Positions 37,950-51,108 of a DNA stretch of 64,000 nt are shown piece after piece. Each line of letters opens with the position of its first letter. The stretch's first letter is position 1. Both the position numbers and the translations under genes were made by a program. Location: NCBI RefSeq assembly GCF_032191835.1, contig NC_083223.1:51460001-51524000 (forward strand), in the 5' to 3' direction. The notes under the pieces are model-generated. The model made no database searches. It was not told the origin of the DNA and was given only the letters and a program-made list of their open reading frames with translations. This DNA comes from Heteronotia binoei. Its lineage: Eukaryota.

Positions 37950-40840
37950 TGTTGTGTCTGTGTGTAGGCACAATCCCCCATCCCCCAAATCCCCAAGGCT
38001 TTTCCCTTAGAATATTCTTTAAGATAACAGGAACCTTAAAGATCATTGTATGGGCTAAATCTTCACCTGGTGGTCATCAACAGAGGTTGGAAATAATGCA
38101 GGCTGGAAAAGAGCATGGGCAGACCCTGTACAAACCTTCTCCAACATTGATTCATCTGAAACTGAAGACTCTGGATTTACCTCAGGAGAGGATTCCAATA
38201 ACTCTAGTTCATCCCATGAACATCCATATAAAAAGAAATTCAAGGGCACTCCTTTTTTTATGGAGAGGTCCTCCAAGACAAGCAAACAAGAGAACATATC
38301 GTTAATTTTTAAGAGACAGTTTTAACCTCTAAGGAGCGATCAGTGTTGAATGTATTTAAACTTGTATCAATTTCTTAAACTTGTTCAACAGGTCAATCTC
38401 ATGAAAGTGTTTGGTAATGACTGCTCTGTAACTTTAAATTCTTTCCTCCCTTCTTCAGTGTGTGTGCCCAGTGTCAGTGATCCCAATATACTGTGCTTTG
38501 AGAAAGTTATACTATGAGATGTCATTAAAGCTGAAGTAAGTTTTAAAGTCTCATCGTATAATTTAACACATATTCAGAACATGACTTTAAACCAGCAGTC
38601 ATTTTGTAGAAAAATAGGTGGTGGAGCTCACCTAGGGATTGTTATGAAGCTGCACATACTATTCAATGGACAAGGAGGTGGAACTCTCAGAAGGAGGAGG
38701 TGGAACTTTCAGAAAGGTTCAGGAGCTGCGCCCCTGTGAGCTCCCACTGAATCTTAGGCCTGCTTTAAACCGACTTGCAGATGACAATAATATTGTAATC
38801 AAGCAAGCAGATAAAGGTGGGGCCATTGTCATTCAAAACAGGACCAATTATTGCAATGGCAACTATCAAACAGGACAAGTTATTTACCCATTAATAATGG
38901 TCAAACACATCATATTGCCAGATTAATTAAGATGGATTTTATAGAAGCTGGAATGATTATAGACAATAAATTGGTCAGGTATTTATAGAGAGTTTCCTAG
39001 GACTCCTGTGCTATATATACTTCCTAAAATCTGCAAAAATGGTTTTCCCCCTCCAGGTAAACCAATTATTTCTGGAAACAACTCTTTATTAGAACCATTG
39101 TCTAAATATTTTGATCATTTTTTGCAGCCACTCATGTTAAAGACTAGATCATAATCGTGGGATACCAGTGACTTCATTTTTAAAATAGAAGGTTTGAATA
39201 TGCCTGATGATACTGTCTTTATGACAGTATACGCGTATTCCTCTAGATGAGGCATGTTTTATTTTAGAACAAACCCTTGACCAATGGGCCCAATGATCTC
39301 CCCCTACTTATTTACTTATTGAACTCGCAGATATCGTTTTTGTAAAAAAAAAACTATTTCAGATTTAAAGATGACTTTTTTTACCAAAGGAGAGATATGG
39401 CTATGGGTAATAACTCTCCTCATAATGTTGCCAACTTATCCATAGCCAAGTTGAAAAATCAGTTCATTTATTATTCAGATCAGAACCCTTTTTATAATTC
39501 CATTATAGTGTATAAATGTTATATAGATTATTTAATTTTTATTTTATTTTCCCTGGAAGAACAAACAGGGAAGTTTTTGAATCGGATAAATGAAATCCAC
39601 ACAACCATTAAATTCTCCAGATAGTGGAATGCTAAAGAAATAGCTTACCTGGATATGACACTGTATCACACTTTAAATAACACTTTGGCTGTTAAGCTAC
39701 TCAGGAAAGATACTGACAGAGGATCATACTTGCACTATCAATCTTGTCACCTGCTACATTAAAAAAAATAATATTCCACATAGACAGTTTTTGTGGGTAA
39801 AGAGAAATTCCACTAATACACAACATTACAAAAGGGATGGTGACAGACTAGCAAAGGTGTTTTGCAGGAGAGGTTACCCTCCAGATGTTATGCAAACAGC
39901 TAGAGAATGACCCAATACTAGGAACAGAATGGAGGTCTTTAAACATCTTAAAGGGACCACAACTGAAAGCATAAAATGCAGCTTTGATTTTTGCCTCATT
40001 TTCTAACACCTTAAGAGCCCATGGCGAAGAGTGGTTAAGCTGTAGTACTGCAGTCAGAGCCCTCTGCTCATGGCCTGAATTCGATTCCAGTGGAAGCTGG
40101 TTCAGGTAGCCGGCTCAAGGTTGACTCAGCCTTCCATCCTTCCAAGATCGGTAAAATGAGTACCCAGTTTGCTGGGGGGAAAGTGTAATGACCAGGGAAA
40201 GCAATGGCAAACCACCCCGTAAAAAGGTCTGTCGTGAAAACACCATCACCCCAGAGTCGGAAACGACTGGTGTTTGCACAGGGGATCTTTCCTTTCCTAA
40301 CACCTTATGGAAGATGGCATCTCAGACATACCTCAGTATAATGTTCCATCTTTTGTTGGATTAAAATGAACTAGGAACATAGGAGATTTGATGGTTTGTT
40401 CCAGTTATCTACATGAAGGCTTAATAGTGTACAAACCTCTGGGCATCATCCCTGTGGGGGCTGCAGAAAGCCATTTGGCTTTGGATACCCACCTCTGGGT
40501 ACTGATATCCCCTCTGAAATTCTTCAGTAACTGCAATACATGAAATGTTGTGTACATCCTAATATGTGTTGAATGTTCCAAAATGTATGTGGGCAGTACC
40601 ATGCACCTGATTAAGGCCCAGGTGTTAGAATATCATTCTTGTATGAAGAACAAATTCTCAGAAGTGCCCCTTGTGTTCCACTATATGGAGACTCAACACT
40701 CTGTTGATGACATGAAATTTTTAGTGATTTTTAAATATAGGAGTGGTACAGGTGTTAATTCTGACATTCCATGAAGAAGGTGTCTGAAATGAACCAATAA
40801 GCTAGCCAGCCCCGTTGAGACAGTCCTGAGATGTCTGTCT
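37950..40840 (+). mobile_element. Decayed Penelope-like element, copy 2 (from the tandem duplication)
   Basis: Same translations as 22870-25760 at offset +15080. Confidence 0.9.
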
Positions 40841-41792
40841 ACTGATTACATATTGACTTTTTTGGAAATTCTTGGACTATACTGGCTTTTTGCACACACA
40901 CTTTATTGTATTGTATTGCAACATGTTAAGAGAAAAAGCAATGTTGTAAAGAACTTTGTTGTAGATATTGGAGTTGAACTTTAATGAATTCTTTATAAGT
41001 TTGATACAATTTTTCATATCAGTAATTTGTCCATGATTTTTATGAGGTGGCTGCTGTTCAATAGTAGCAAGAAGGCCTGGGTGAGTCATGGAAGTTGTGC
41101 AGTAGCAATTTGCCTGGTGGTTGCTGCTGGGCCTAGCCTCAGTAACCCTTCTTCAACAGCCAAAATAGCCCTGGAAAGGTTCCTGCCACCAATGCTGTTT
41201 TCTGACCCAAACCAAGGTTTGACAATACTGTTGCAGTTGCCTAGCAGTGGTCACTGGAGACACTCATTTCTTAAAGCTACAGGTGCTCCTTTTATAATTG
41301 TGGGTTTAAAAAAAAACACATGCATTTTTATTGTTAAGATTTTAGATTTTTCAGCAAACCCAGACCTTTTTCATGTTTGTAGGAAGAATGATCTCATTTG
41401 CCCCTTGCCACAATCATTGGAGCCACATTGAGAATTAGATATATTGACAAATAGGGACCTAGAAGGAACAAGTGGGGCTGGGGGGCTGCAGCAGAGAGGA
41501 AGGGAGACTAGAAGTTATGTGTGGGGGAAGTGTGTCCAGCAGGAGCAGCCATAGAGGGCCACCTGGCTTTGGCAGAGGCTCCAGCAATTATGATGAGGCA
41601 GGCCTGGGAGCAAGAGTGCTGGGAACCATAGTGGCCCCAGTAGCAGCCATAAAGGGCCTCATGGCTTAACGGTAGAATGGTCCACTGGCAGTGAGGATGT
41701 TGGGAGCTGCAGCTGGCCTGGCTGAGGAGAGTGTGCCAAGAGTGGGCCACAGTGGGACTGTCAGCAGTGACAGCTACAGAGGGCTGCCTGGC

Positions 41793-43345
41793 TAGGCTTC
41801 CCAACCCTCCCGCCCTGGCGGGAGACGCCCGGATTTGCAGGCTCTTCCCCCGCCCGCCGAAAAAACGGAAGTGGGGGGAGGGGAGGGGGGAACGGCGCCA
41901 AGGAGCCCATCTCAGAGGAGCAGCAGCTGAAGGCAAGAAGAGGCAGAAGCAGCGCAAGGACCCGGACTCGCGGCAGCTAATATTGGATTTGCCAAACAGC
42001 CCTACTGCAGGACTGTTACTTCAGAAACCAAAAGCTGGCAAGACTAGCAAGTATGTCCTGTGGCCTGAACGGTGGCTGGAGGACCATTTCCAAATCAAAG
42101 CCCGAGAGTCGCGATGCGAAAGGAGGCGGGAACCAAAGAGCCCAGAACCTTCGTGCTGGCGGAGGGGGGACGGTGTTGAAAGTGGGACCGCAGCTTGCCC
42201 TTATGCTCCAGCAGCGGCGTTGTGCAACGCCGTATCTTTTCCGGGCGGGCGCCGCTCTGCAGGCCTCCGACTCCGGGCGCCATCAGCTACCAGCTGCATT
42301 TGGCACTGCCGGACGAAGCCCGCTCGCCGCCGGCCCCGCTGCTCCTCAACTTCGGCTCCCTCTGGATGGGCTTCATTGGCTGGGCGTCCGCCTTGACCCA
42401 CAACGGCATGCTGCTCAGGCCCATCCTGGCCACGGGTGGGTGGGTGCCCGCAGGACTCCCAGGCTGGGGAGGGGGACCAGTGTTACCTCTAAGCTGTATA
42501 GTCCTGTGAACAAACATTCTACGTTGGCATTCAAGTTGGGAGCTCCTGCATCAACGAGTGTGCTCTGGGGTCGTCCTCCCTGAGCTAAGGCAAAAAGGTG
42601 TGAGCTGGAGGCTCAGCTTAGAGGGCGCGGGGCTTGTGGCATTCGCTGCCTGGAGTTGGAGGAAGCCTCCGCCCCGGACTGGGAGGGAGGGGGGGAAGGC
42701 TGGTTTCCAAGCGGCTTGTTGTTGTCTTATGGGACTCACTGCCACAAGGACTAGGAACCATTAACCCCCAGATTTGGGGAAGGCTGAGCTTAAGGGGCTT
42801 GTTGTCTTATGGGACTCACTGCTACAAGGACTGGGAACCATTAACCCCCAGATTTGGGGTGGGGGGAAGGCTGAGCTTAAGGGGCTTGTTGTCTTATGGG
42901 ACTCACTGCTACAAGTAGTGGGAACCATTAACCCCCAGATTTGGGGCGGGGGGAAGGCTGAGCCTAAGAGGCTTGTTGCTTTATGGGACTCACTACCACA
43001 AGGAGTGGGAATCATTAACCCCAGTCCCCAGTTGGGAATGAGCAGGCCTTGAATTCAGCAGGAGCTCACACGAGCACAGCTCTTGAACCTGACAGCTCCC
43101 CTCCTCCCCACCTGCTTTGTCCATTGCATAGTAAGTGCAGCTGCATAACAATCCCTGGATTAGGAGAGCTGGCACCCAGCCAGCCAAATTGAATGTGATG
43201 GCCAGAACTCCCTTTGGAGTTCAATTACGCTTGCCACAGCCTTGATCTTGGCTCCACCCCCATATCTCCTGGCTCCACCCCCAAAGTCTCCTGGCTCCAC
43301 CCCCAAAGTCCCCAGATATTTCTTGAATTGGACTTGGCAACCCTA
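41793..43345. mobile_element. Cargo-bearing hAT element, copy 2 (from the tandem duplication)
   Basis: Same as 26713-28265 with the same TGCCTGGC TSD. Confidence 0.92.
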
Positions 43346-44591
43346 TGCCTGGCTTTGGCGGTGGCTCTAGCAAAGTCAGGAAGGAGGTAGGCCATGCTGT
43401 GGCTAGGATGCTGGAAGTCACGGCAGGCCTGGAAGCAGCAGCAGGGCTTTTTTTTTTTTTTGTAGCATATTAGGCCACACAATCTTTAGTACAGGGCCTA
43501 CTTTAAGCTCCAGGAGGATTGGCTGCATCAGGGGTGTGTGGCCTAATATGCAAAGGAGTTCCTGCTGCTGCAAAAAGAAAAAGCCTTGAGCAGCAGCATC
43601 CATGAAGGGACCTCTGATTCCACTGTCACTGCAGCTGGCCCCACAGGATCTGCCAGACTGGAGGTTCCTTTGCCCTGTCACCAGCTCCCTTGGCAAAGAG
43701 GGGGAGGCAGCCTGGGTTCTGGCAGCACATGACTTGCCACTGAGAGCTTCCCCAAATGCAGCAATGAAAAGGAGGGGGGGTCTGAGTCATGTGTCAACAG
43801 AGGAGGTAGGTGTGTTGTTTTGAGTTTACCCATATAACACTCTTGAAATTGAGTGAAGGAATTATATTAGTACACACCTAAGGAGGGCTTTTTTGTAGCA
43901 GGAACTCCTTTGTCTATTAGGTCACACCAGCCTGATGTAGCCAATTCTCCAAGAGCTTACATGGCTCTTCTTACAGGGCCTGCTTAAGCTCCAGGAGGAT
44001 TGGCTACATTGGGGTGTGTGGCCTAATGATGTATTTTTTCAGTGTTTTCAGATTTTTCAACAACCCTAGGAAGCCCCCAAGGTTGCAGAAGCATCTGGTT
44101 TCATTCAGTGTGGGCATGATCCACAGTTTTAAGAATCTGCAAATTGGCCCACACTTGACTGTTATAATGTAAGATATAGTAATGGAAATATACACCTTAA
44201 AAAACAAACAAACCAGAATTAGAATCCTGTTAGACTGAAGATAGTGGGTTTAAAAAAAAAACCCTGAAGGTAGTATAGTTTTTAAAAATGTTTCTAGAGG
44301 AAAGGGAAGCTGAAGAGGAAAGAAAGAACACACCTAAGCCAGAACATTTTAGGCTTGTTTGCATATTATGGTTTGCTTGTGCTGTCTGAATACAGCAACT
44401 GAGTACTACTTCTGTAATCATGGCAAAATAAGATTTTTGTGTGACTTTCATACTGACTTTGTGTGACTTTCATTTTGCCCTTTAGTAAGGAAGGAAAAAT
44501 GTCAATTGTGGAATGATTCTACAGATTCTAGAATGAATGTGTTTATGAAATAATTTCAAATCAGTGATGTAGCTATTTTATCTTAGCTCAG

Positions 44592-44774
44592 CAGGACTTT
44601 TTTTGTAGCAGGATCTCCCTTGCATATTAGGCCACGCACCCATGATGTAGCCAATCCTCCTGGAGCTTACAGCAGGCCCTGTAAGAAGAGCCATGTAAGC
44701 TCTTGGAGGATTGGCTACATCAGGCTGGTGTAAGCTAATATGCAAAGGAGTTCTTGCTACAAAAAAAAGCCCTG
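44592..44774. mobile_element. CAGGGCTTTT-family palindromic MITE
   Basis: CAGGACTTTTTTTGTAGCAGG ... CTTGCTACAAAAAAAAGCCCTG, with a near-TSD CTTAGCTC/CTTAGCTG. Confidence 0.85.
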
Positions 44775-44830
44775 CTTAGCTGTGTACTAATATAATTCAT
44801 ACAGTCAAATTTTATATCATTTATTTAATT

Positions 44831-45621
44831 TAGGCTTCCCACCCCCCACCCACCCCGCTTTGGCGGGAGACTTCTGGGTTTGCAGCTTCATCCCCCGGTC
44901 TCCAGAAATCAGGAAGTGGGGGGTGGAGGGGGGGAGAACATACCTGTAGGGTTCATGTTGGTGTAGCAGTTTGTAAAATGTCTGCCCCTTTAAGGCTGGG
45001 CAGGAAGGAGGAAACAGGAAGGGCTTCGGAGAACGGCCCCTCCCTTTCTTTGCTTTCGTTTTCACAGCAGGCAGAGGGAAGAAGACCAAGTAAGTATTTG
45101 TGTGTGAGAGAGAGGGAGGGGGCAGGGAGGGGGGATTCCCTGGTATGGAGGCCCTCCCCCCCTTTAGAAAGCGTGGGGGGGGAGGGAAATGTCTACTAGG
45201 CACTCTATTATTCCCTATGGAGAACAATTCCCATAGGGAATAATAGGGAATTGATCCGTGGGTATTGGGGGCTCTGGGGGGGCTATTTTTTTAGGTAGAG
45301 GCACCAAATTTTTAGTATAGCATCTAGTGCCTCTCCCCAAAATACCCCCCAAGTTTCAAAACGATTGGACCAGAGGGTCCAATTCTATGAGCCCCAAAAG
45401 ATGGTGCCCCTATCCTTAATTATTTCCTATGGAAGAAAGGCATTTTAAAAGGTGAGCTGTCCCTTTAAATGTGATGGCAAGAACTCCCTTGGAGTTCAAT
45501 TATGCTTGTCACATCCTTGTTCCTGGCTCCACCCCCAATGTCTCCTGGCTCCACCCCCAAAGTCTCCTGGCTCCGCCCCCAAAGTCCCCAGATTTTTCTT
45601 TAATTGGATTTGGCAACCCTA
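44831..45621. mobile_element. 791-bp non-autonomous hAT element (same family as 26713)
   Basis: TIRs TAGGCTTCCC / GGCAACCCTA and exact 8-bp TSD ATTTAATT. Contains CTCCTGGCTCCACCCCCAAAGT subterminal repeats. Confidence 0.92.
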
Positions 45622-45960
45622 ATTTAATTCAAGGGGAGAATGTTACCCGAATAAGGATTCCAGTTTGAATATTTGTGTCCCATCTTCCCATTACACAGCA
45701 TTTTAGAAACAGATGTCCTCAAATATTGCACATTTCTTTGCAGACACTAATAAACTGGGACAGAAATTGCTAAATAAATAAATGTTTTGCTTTTAGTACA
45801 AGAACACTTAACACTTAATAGTTACAAGTGGTATGCTTACATCATTATGCAATTAGAGTGGCAATAAATCTATTCATTTATTTTTAAGATGCCACAAGAT
45901 TCTCTGTTGTTTTAACAGTTTAATGAAGTGCATCAACTGTTGCCAGCACAACGAAATTAC

Positions 45961-46037
45961 AGTGCAGTCCTAAATGGAGTTATACCCTTCTAAATCCAGT
46001 GGGTTTAGAAACCTGTAACTCTGTTTAGAATTGCACT
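45961..46037. mobile_element. Short palindromic MITE
   Basis: AGTGCAGTCCTAAA..GAGTTA..TTCTAAA / TTTAGAA..TAACTC..TTTAGAATTGCACT. Confidence 0.55.
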
Positions 46038-46138
46038 ATTAATCTACAATAAAATTGAAATAAAAACAGCTAACATATATAGCGATAGGAATATATGCTT
46101 TTCTGAAACTGGAATTAGAATTATCTTAGGCTCCAGAC

Positions 46139-46410
46139 CAGGGCTTGTTTTGTAGAAAAAGCCCAGCCGGAACTTATTTGTATATTAGGCCACACCCCCT
46201 GACATCACCATTGTTTCACACAGGGCTTTCTGTAGAAAAAGCCCAGCAGGAATTCATTTGCGTATTAGACCACACTCCTGGCATCACCATTGTTTCACAC
46301 AGGGCTTTTTAAAAAGAAAATGCCCAGCAGGAACTCATTTGCATATTAGGCCACACCCCCTTATGCCAAGTCAGCTGTAACTGAATTTCTGTGCATTCCT
46401 GCTAAAAAAA
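46139..46410 (+). mobile_element. CAGGGC-family MITE with its left ~80 bp triplicated
   Basis: Units start at 46139, 46221 and 46300 (CAGGGCT..GTAGAAAAAGCCCAGC.GGAA..ATTTG..TATTAG.CCACAC). Confidence 0.8.
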
Positions 46411-48554
46411 AGAAGCTACAGAAAGACGGGTTTCTAAGGAATCTCAAGGTAGTAGCCAAGAGGAAAAGTGGGGTATAAATATTTTAATAAAGGATTTTTA
46501 AAAACCATGTAGGCATTGAATGCGATTAAATCATGCATAATTGTGTTCAAATAGCCTTTCTAAGGAAAGGGCCATAGATAATGAACCAACTGAAGTAGGT
46601 CAAAGGTCGAATGTGCCAGAAAAAAGATCTGAACTTCCAGTGTGAACGCAGATCAAATACACCCCTTTGATGTGAAGCCCACCCTGATAGCCTTACTCCT
46701 CAAATCCTGATTTGGTACAGAACTGACCAAGAGCATTTCTGTCTTGTCTGGATTCAGCACTGATTTACTAGTTCTTCTCTAGCAGGTTTTTGATTTTGTT
46801 GGATTGTTCTAAATTGTGGTTTAAAACTCAGTTTGACTATGGCTCCAGGCTAATTCAGACATTAGTCTGCTAAAAGTAATCTCTGTTCAGCAGCACTTAG
46901 TGGGGTCCCATCATTGCTGAAAACTTCATTACCGTGCATATCAGGTACACTTATGTATGATGTCTACATTACTACCAGTACCAGCTACTATCAAAGATAT
47001 GATACTGCTGCACAGAATTTTTTTTTCATTGGGGGGATGGGCATGTTAAGCAGACTTTCTAACTATATTTAACTATATGTAAATAGTTGTTAATGGTCAT
47101 TGACCATAAATAAACCTACACACACTACTCCATGGATTCACTTTTTAGCTGTCTCCACATGGGGGTTGTAATGTTTTAAGATGTCTATCTGCTGGGCTGG
47201 TACAGGAAGACTATATAACAAAATATACTTTTAAAAATTATGGTGTTACAGCCTCCTTCCTCTGTACTGCACTGCCCATGTAACCTATAGCTAATGAAGC
47301 CCATAATCACAAACAGCCTCTAATCTTTTTGCTTTAATTTTTGCAAACCATCAAACTTTTTTAATTTTTAAAAAACACCTTCAGTCTTGAAATTCTAGAC
47401 ACCAAAGGAAAAAAAATGAGTGCTGATTTACAGCCTATCTTGATGCTTCAAATCCTTAGTTATGAAGTTTCCAATAACACTGCTGTTAAATTTGGTCTCC
47501 AAATTGGATTTTCAAGCTACAGAAGAAACATGTAAGCAGGCTAACCCCTCCTTCTTCTTATCTTGGATCACCGATGCTTACACTAATTTCAGCAGCATAA
47601 TCTCTAAAAAGGCAGAGGTTTTGTAAATTAGCAACACCGCGTCCTTCGCAATCCTGCCTTCAGATCATCTGTAGGCTTTGTAGGGAAGGGAAGGAAGTCG
47701 GCCTGGGGCCAGGATGGGAGGATAAGGGGGGGGGGGGTAGAAGGGAGAAGATGTTCTGAGGAGTATAAAGAACAACAATATACAAACTTCAGTCTTTGCC
47801 TGAAGCGCGCGAAGTGTGATGTGAAAATTGATACCAGGTTTTTATTGTAATGAAAAGCCACTAAGGGAGGTTTGAAATAGAAGTCTGTGACTAAATAAGG
47901 CAATGACATTTTATATAACATTTCGGCTGCTGATTTAACACTTCATTCTAGTTTTTATGGAGGGAGCTTTGATTTTTGGCTGGAGGTCTTTTTTTTCTTC
48001 TTTAACTTTTCAGGACATCGGGAGGGTTGGACTTTGTTTTATTTATGTAAATTATTACCACTGTCTCATGTAGCCCCATTATTTATCATGGAAAAAAATA
48101 GCACTGTCTACATTCTGTAGACAATCCTGTTCTCAAAACCACATTTTGTTAAACCGTAGGTTTAATTAAAGGGGAGGGGAACTCTTCTTAGACTATTGAT
48201 ACATTGTTAATGCATAACTGCACACCCAAGGCAAGGCTTCCAGATCACTGTGATCTTACAGTACCAAATAGATAATATCAACAAGCCTCCTTGAAATTCA
48301 TAAACATTTTCACTTCAGCATTTATCAACATAAGAGAAGCCCTTCCAAATTAAACCAAGGCAGCATTCAGACAACACATTGTAAAACAAAAAATTAAATC
48401 ACATTTACTGTGCTATCTCAATACGGATCATTGAAGAAATCGGAGTTTGTTGGCAGGTGCTGAACTGGGATTCTAAATTACAGTTTGAGGTTAGTTTGTA
48501 AACTGAAATCTGTATTAATTGTGATTTACCAATTCTCCCCTCTTCCCACGGCAG

Positions 48555-48678
48555 CACCCTGTGACCCACAGAAGTTGCCCCTGAGGATTGGATGCCCTGA
48601 GCAATGGCATGGACTGTGGTATAGAAGCTGCAATGAGAGGGATGAATTACCAGGAATCATAACCCACAGAATACTCCT
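48555..48678 (+). other. Candidate 124-nt exon, unidentified
   Basis: TTCTCCCCTCTTCCCACGGCAG acceptor and CCT|GTGAGT donor. One open frame (PCDPQKLPLRIGCPEQWHGLWY..). Confidence 0.25.
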
Positions 48679-49239
48679 GTGAGTTCTTGCACAAAAGTTT
48701 CTAAAAACAAATTTTTACCCAGAGCTGTCCTTCAATGAAATTTTATCTTGCACACAGCAGTTTAGTCCTCTGTTCTGCTGTCTCTATCTTCAAGTGCAAG
48801 ACCCATATTTAAAAGCATGCCTCCACTAAGCAACCAGACTGGGCTCCTCCACCAAACAAATGTACAGCATGGTTTCTGTTGAGTTATATTGGTAGCAGAG
48901 TGCATAAAGGCTTATAACAACAGCAGAGCCTTCTTGGCAGCTTGTGTGTGAGCAGGAACAGTTACATGGAGCCTCTTTATATTTGCAAAGATGTGAGTCT
49001 TTTTATTTAAGAAACTCCATTCTAGATAGGCTAGAAGAGAGATAGATTCTCGAATCTAATATGATTAGTTAGATGGATGGAGATGCAGAAAAGCCTCCTG
49101 CATCTCGTGGTAAAAGGATGTCATTGTGTGGAGAGCGAGGGAGAAGCCAGATGAAAGAAAAGGTTTTCCTAAGAGCAGCAATCTGTGAGGTTTTGCCAGT
49201 TATTGATCTCAGTCAACTAGCACATATAGAAATGGTCAG

Positions 49240-49868
49240 TTGTTTATTCAGGATCAATACAGAGCAATGATCCTGGACGTCATAAAAAATCTTAAAAACA
49301 AGTCCCCAGGACCTGATGGATACATCTCAGAATTCTACAAGACATATGCTGACCTTCTTGTTCAACCACTCACTGACACTTACAATGAAATCCTTCAGAA
49401 TGGAACACTGCCACCCACATGGAATGATGCCTCTATCATAGTTTTACCCAAACCAGACAAGGATCTCACAAATCCTGCATCCTATCATCCTATTTTGTTA
49501 CTGAATGTTGGCTACAAGATCTTCACACCAGCACTAGCCAAACGTCTCAACTCACTGATTACAAGCTGTATTCATCCAGACCAGGCAGGATTCATGCCTG
49601 GCAGAGGGATTACAAACAACATTAATAAAACCTTGCATATCATCTCTTCCTGTGAATCTACTAGATCAGAAGCTGCTCTTCTTTCTCTGGATATAGAGAA
49701 AGCCTTTGATTCACTGGAAACATCGTACCTAATCTTTTAAAACACATGTCATTTGGATCCAATTTTGTGACAGCTATTCAAGCTATTTATTCCAGTCCAA
49801 AGGCGCAAGTAAAAATTAATGGCCTAAGGTCAGAAAATTTTGAACTTCAGAGAGGTGCAAGACAAGGT
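49240..49868 (+). mobile_element. L1-clade LINE A, RT N-terminal fragment
   Basis: KSPGPDG..SEFYK, IVLPKPDKD, YHPILLLN, QAGFMPGR, LSLDIEKAFD, FELQRGARQG. Broken abruptly at 49869 by L1-B. Confidence 0.93.
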
Positions 49869-51038
49869 AGACTTCTGGGGTTGGGAAAATGGAGAGCTCA
49901 CCCGCTTCTTGCAAAAAGAGCGGACAGGAGCCTTTGTTTTGGACATAAAAGGCGACTCCAATGCCTGCTGTCTACCTTTTCCAGTGAGGGAATTGTCTAT
50001 GACATGCTTGAAGAATTTTGAGGGGGTTTACTTTGGCTGGCGAGGAGTCCCAGAGGGATTCCTTTCCAGCTTTGAAGAGCCCCCAGTGAAGAATTGCATT
50101 CCATCGTCTACAAAGGATCTCCTGGGTCATTAAATTGACTTAAGCTCATCAAGATTCCAACTTTCTATGGATTACAATAATAGCTGAAGGAGAAAAGATC
50201 AGTGTGAGAAAGCAGAGACTTTTTGTTAAGGTAAAGATTGTTATCTACCACTCCGGGATTAAAATAAGGTTTTTAAAATTAAATATTTAAGATCTGGAAA
50301 GAACTGTAAGAGCATAAAGCTAAAAAGGAGTAAAAGGGGGTAAATTTGGACTTTTTGAAACTTAAAATAAGCAGGAAAGTACAGAAAAATAACTGATGTT
50401 TGACATACCTGTGGCTTTGAAAAAAAAAATACGCCGACATAACAGAGTGCTAAGTTTCAAGACGAAACAGGAAGTGATGTGCTACAACTATCGAGAGACT
50501 ATTAACCATAGAGAACGAGACTTCATGGCCAGAAAGTCAGGAATTGAACACTGAAGAAGAGCTTTGTTTTAAACATCCAGGGACATCTCTAGAACCAGAA
50601 ATCATAGAGAAACATCAGCAGCCATTAAAGAAGGGTAAAAGGTTTTATATTTTTTAAAACAGAATGGGACTTTAAAGGTTTATAAAACCAACAGCAATCA
50701 TCTTAAAAAGAAGAAATATCTTGGACTATATGTTTAAAAATAAAATTTAAGGCTTATTGGAAAAAGAAAAACTTTTTGAAAAAAGGGGCTCGGAAAAATC
50801 ACAGCCGCCATTTTGGATTTTTTTTTTTAGTATTTTAAAAATACCTTGAGCTAGGAAGCTCAGAGGATGGCGATTTTGGGCTTGTTGGAAAGGGCATGCC
50901 CTAATCTATTGAAATATATCATTGGTTTGCTGATTGGTGAGGTCAACCTATAAGCCCATTCTGTGCAATGGGAGGACAGTGATGTCTGATCAAAAGTTGG
51001 AACCAAGGCTTACACGATTAAGATCAGGTTCACTGGGA

Positions 51039-51040
<2 letters not shown>

Positions 51041-51108
<68 letters not shown>
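51041..51108. repeat. (TAA)n microsatellite, the L2 tail
   Basis: About 22 units visible. Confidence 0.98.

Larger units (their letters stand above)
28973..44055 (+). repeat. 15,080-bp tandem duplication, copy 2
   Basis: Near-identical to 13893-28975. Diverges at 44056 (TTCAACAACC versus GATAAAAG). Confidence 0.98.

Noticed and set aside
47400-47720. Possible minus-strand L1 ORF1 remnant (LFRDYAAEIS..FFCSLKIQFG)
   Set aside because: The similarity is too short and stop-ridden to support by eye.
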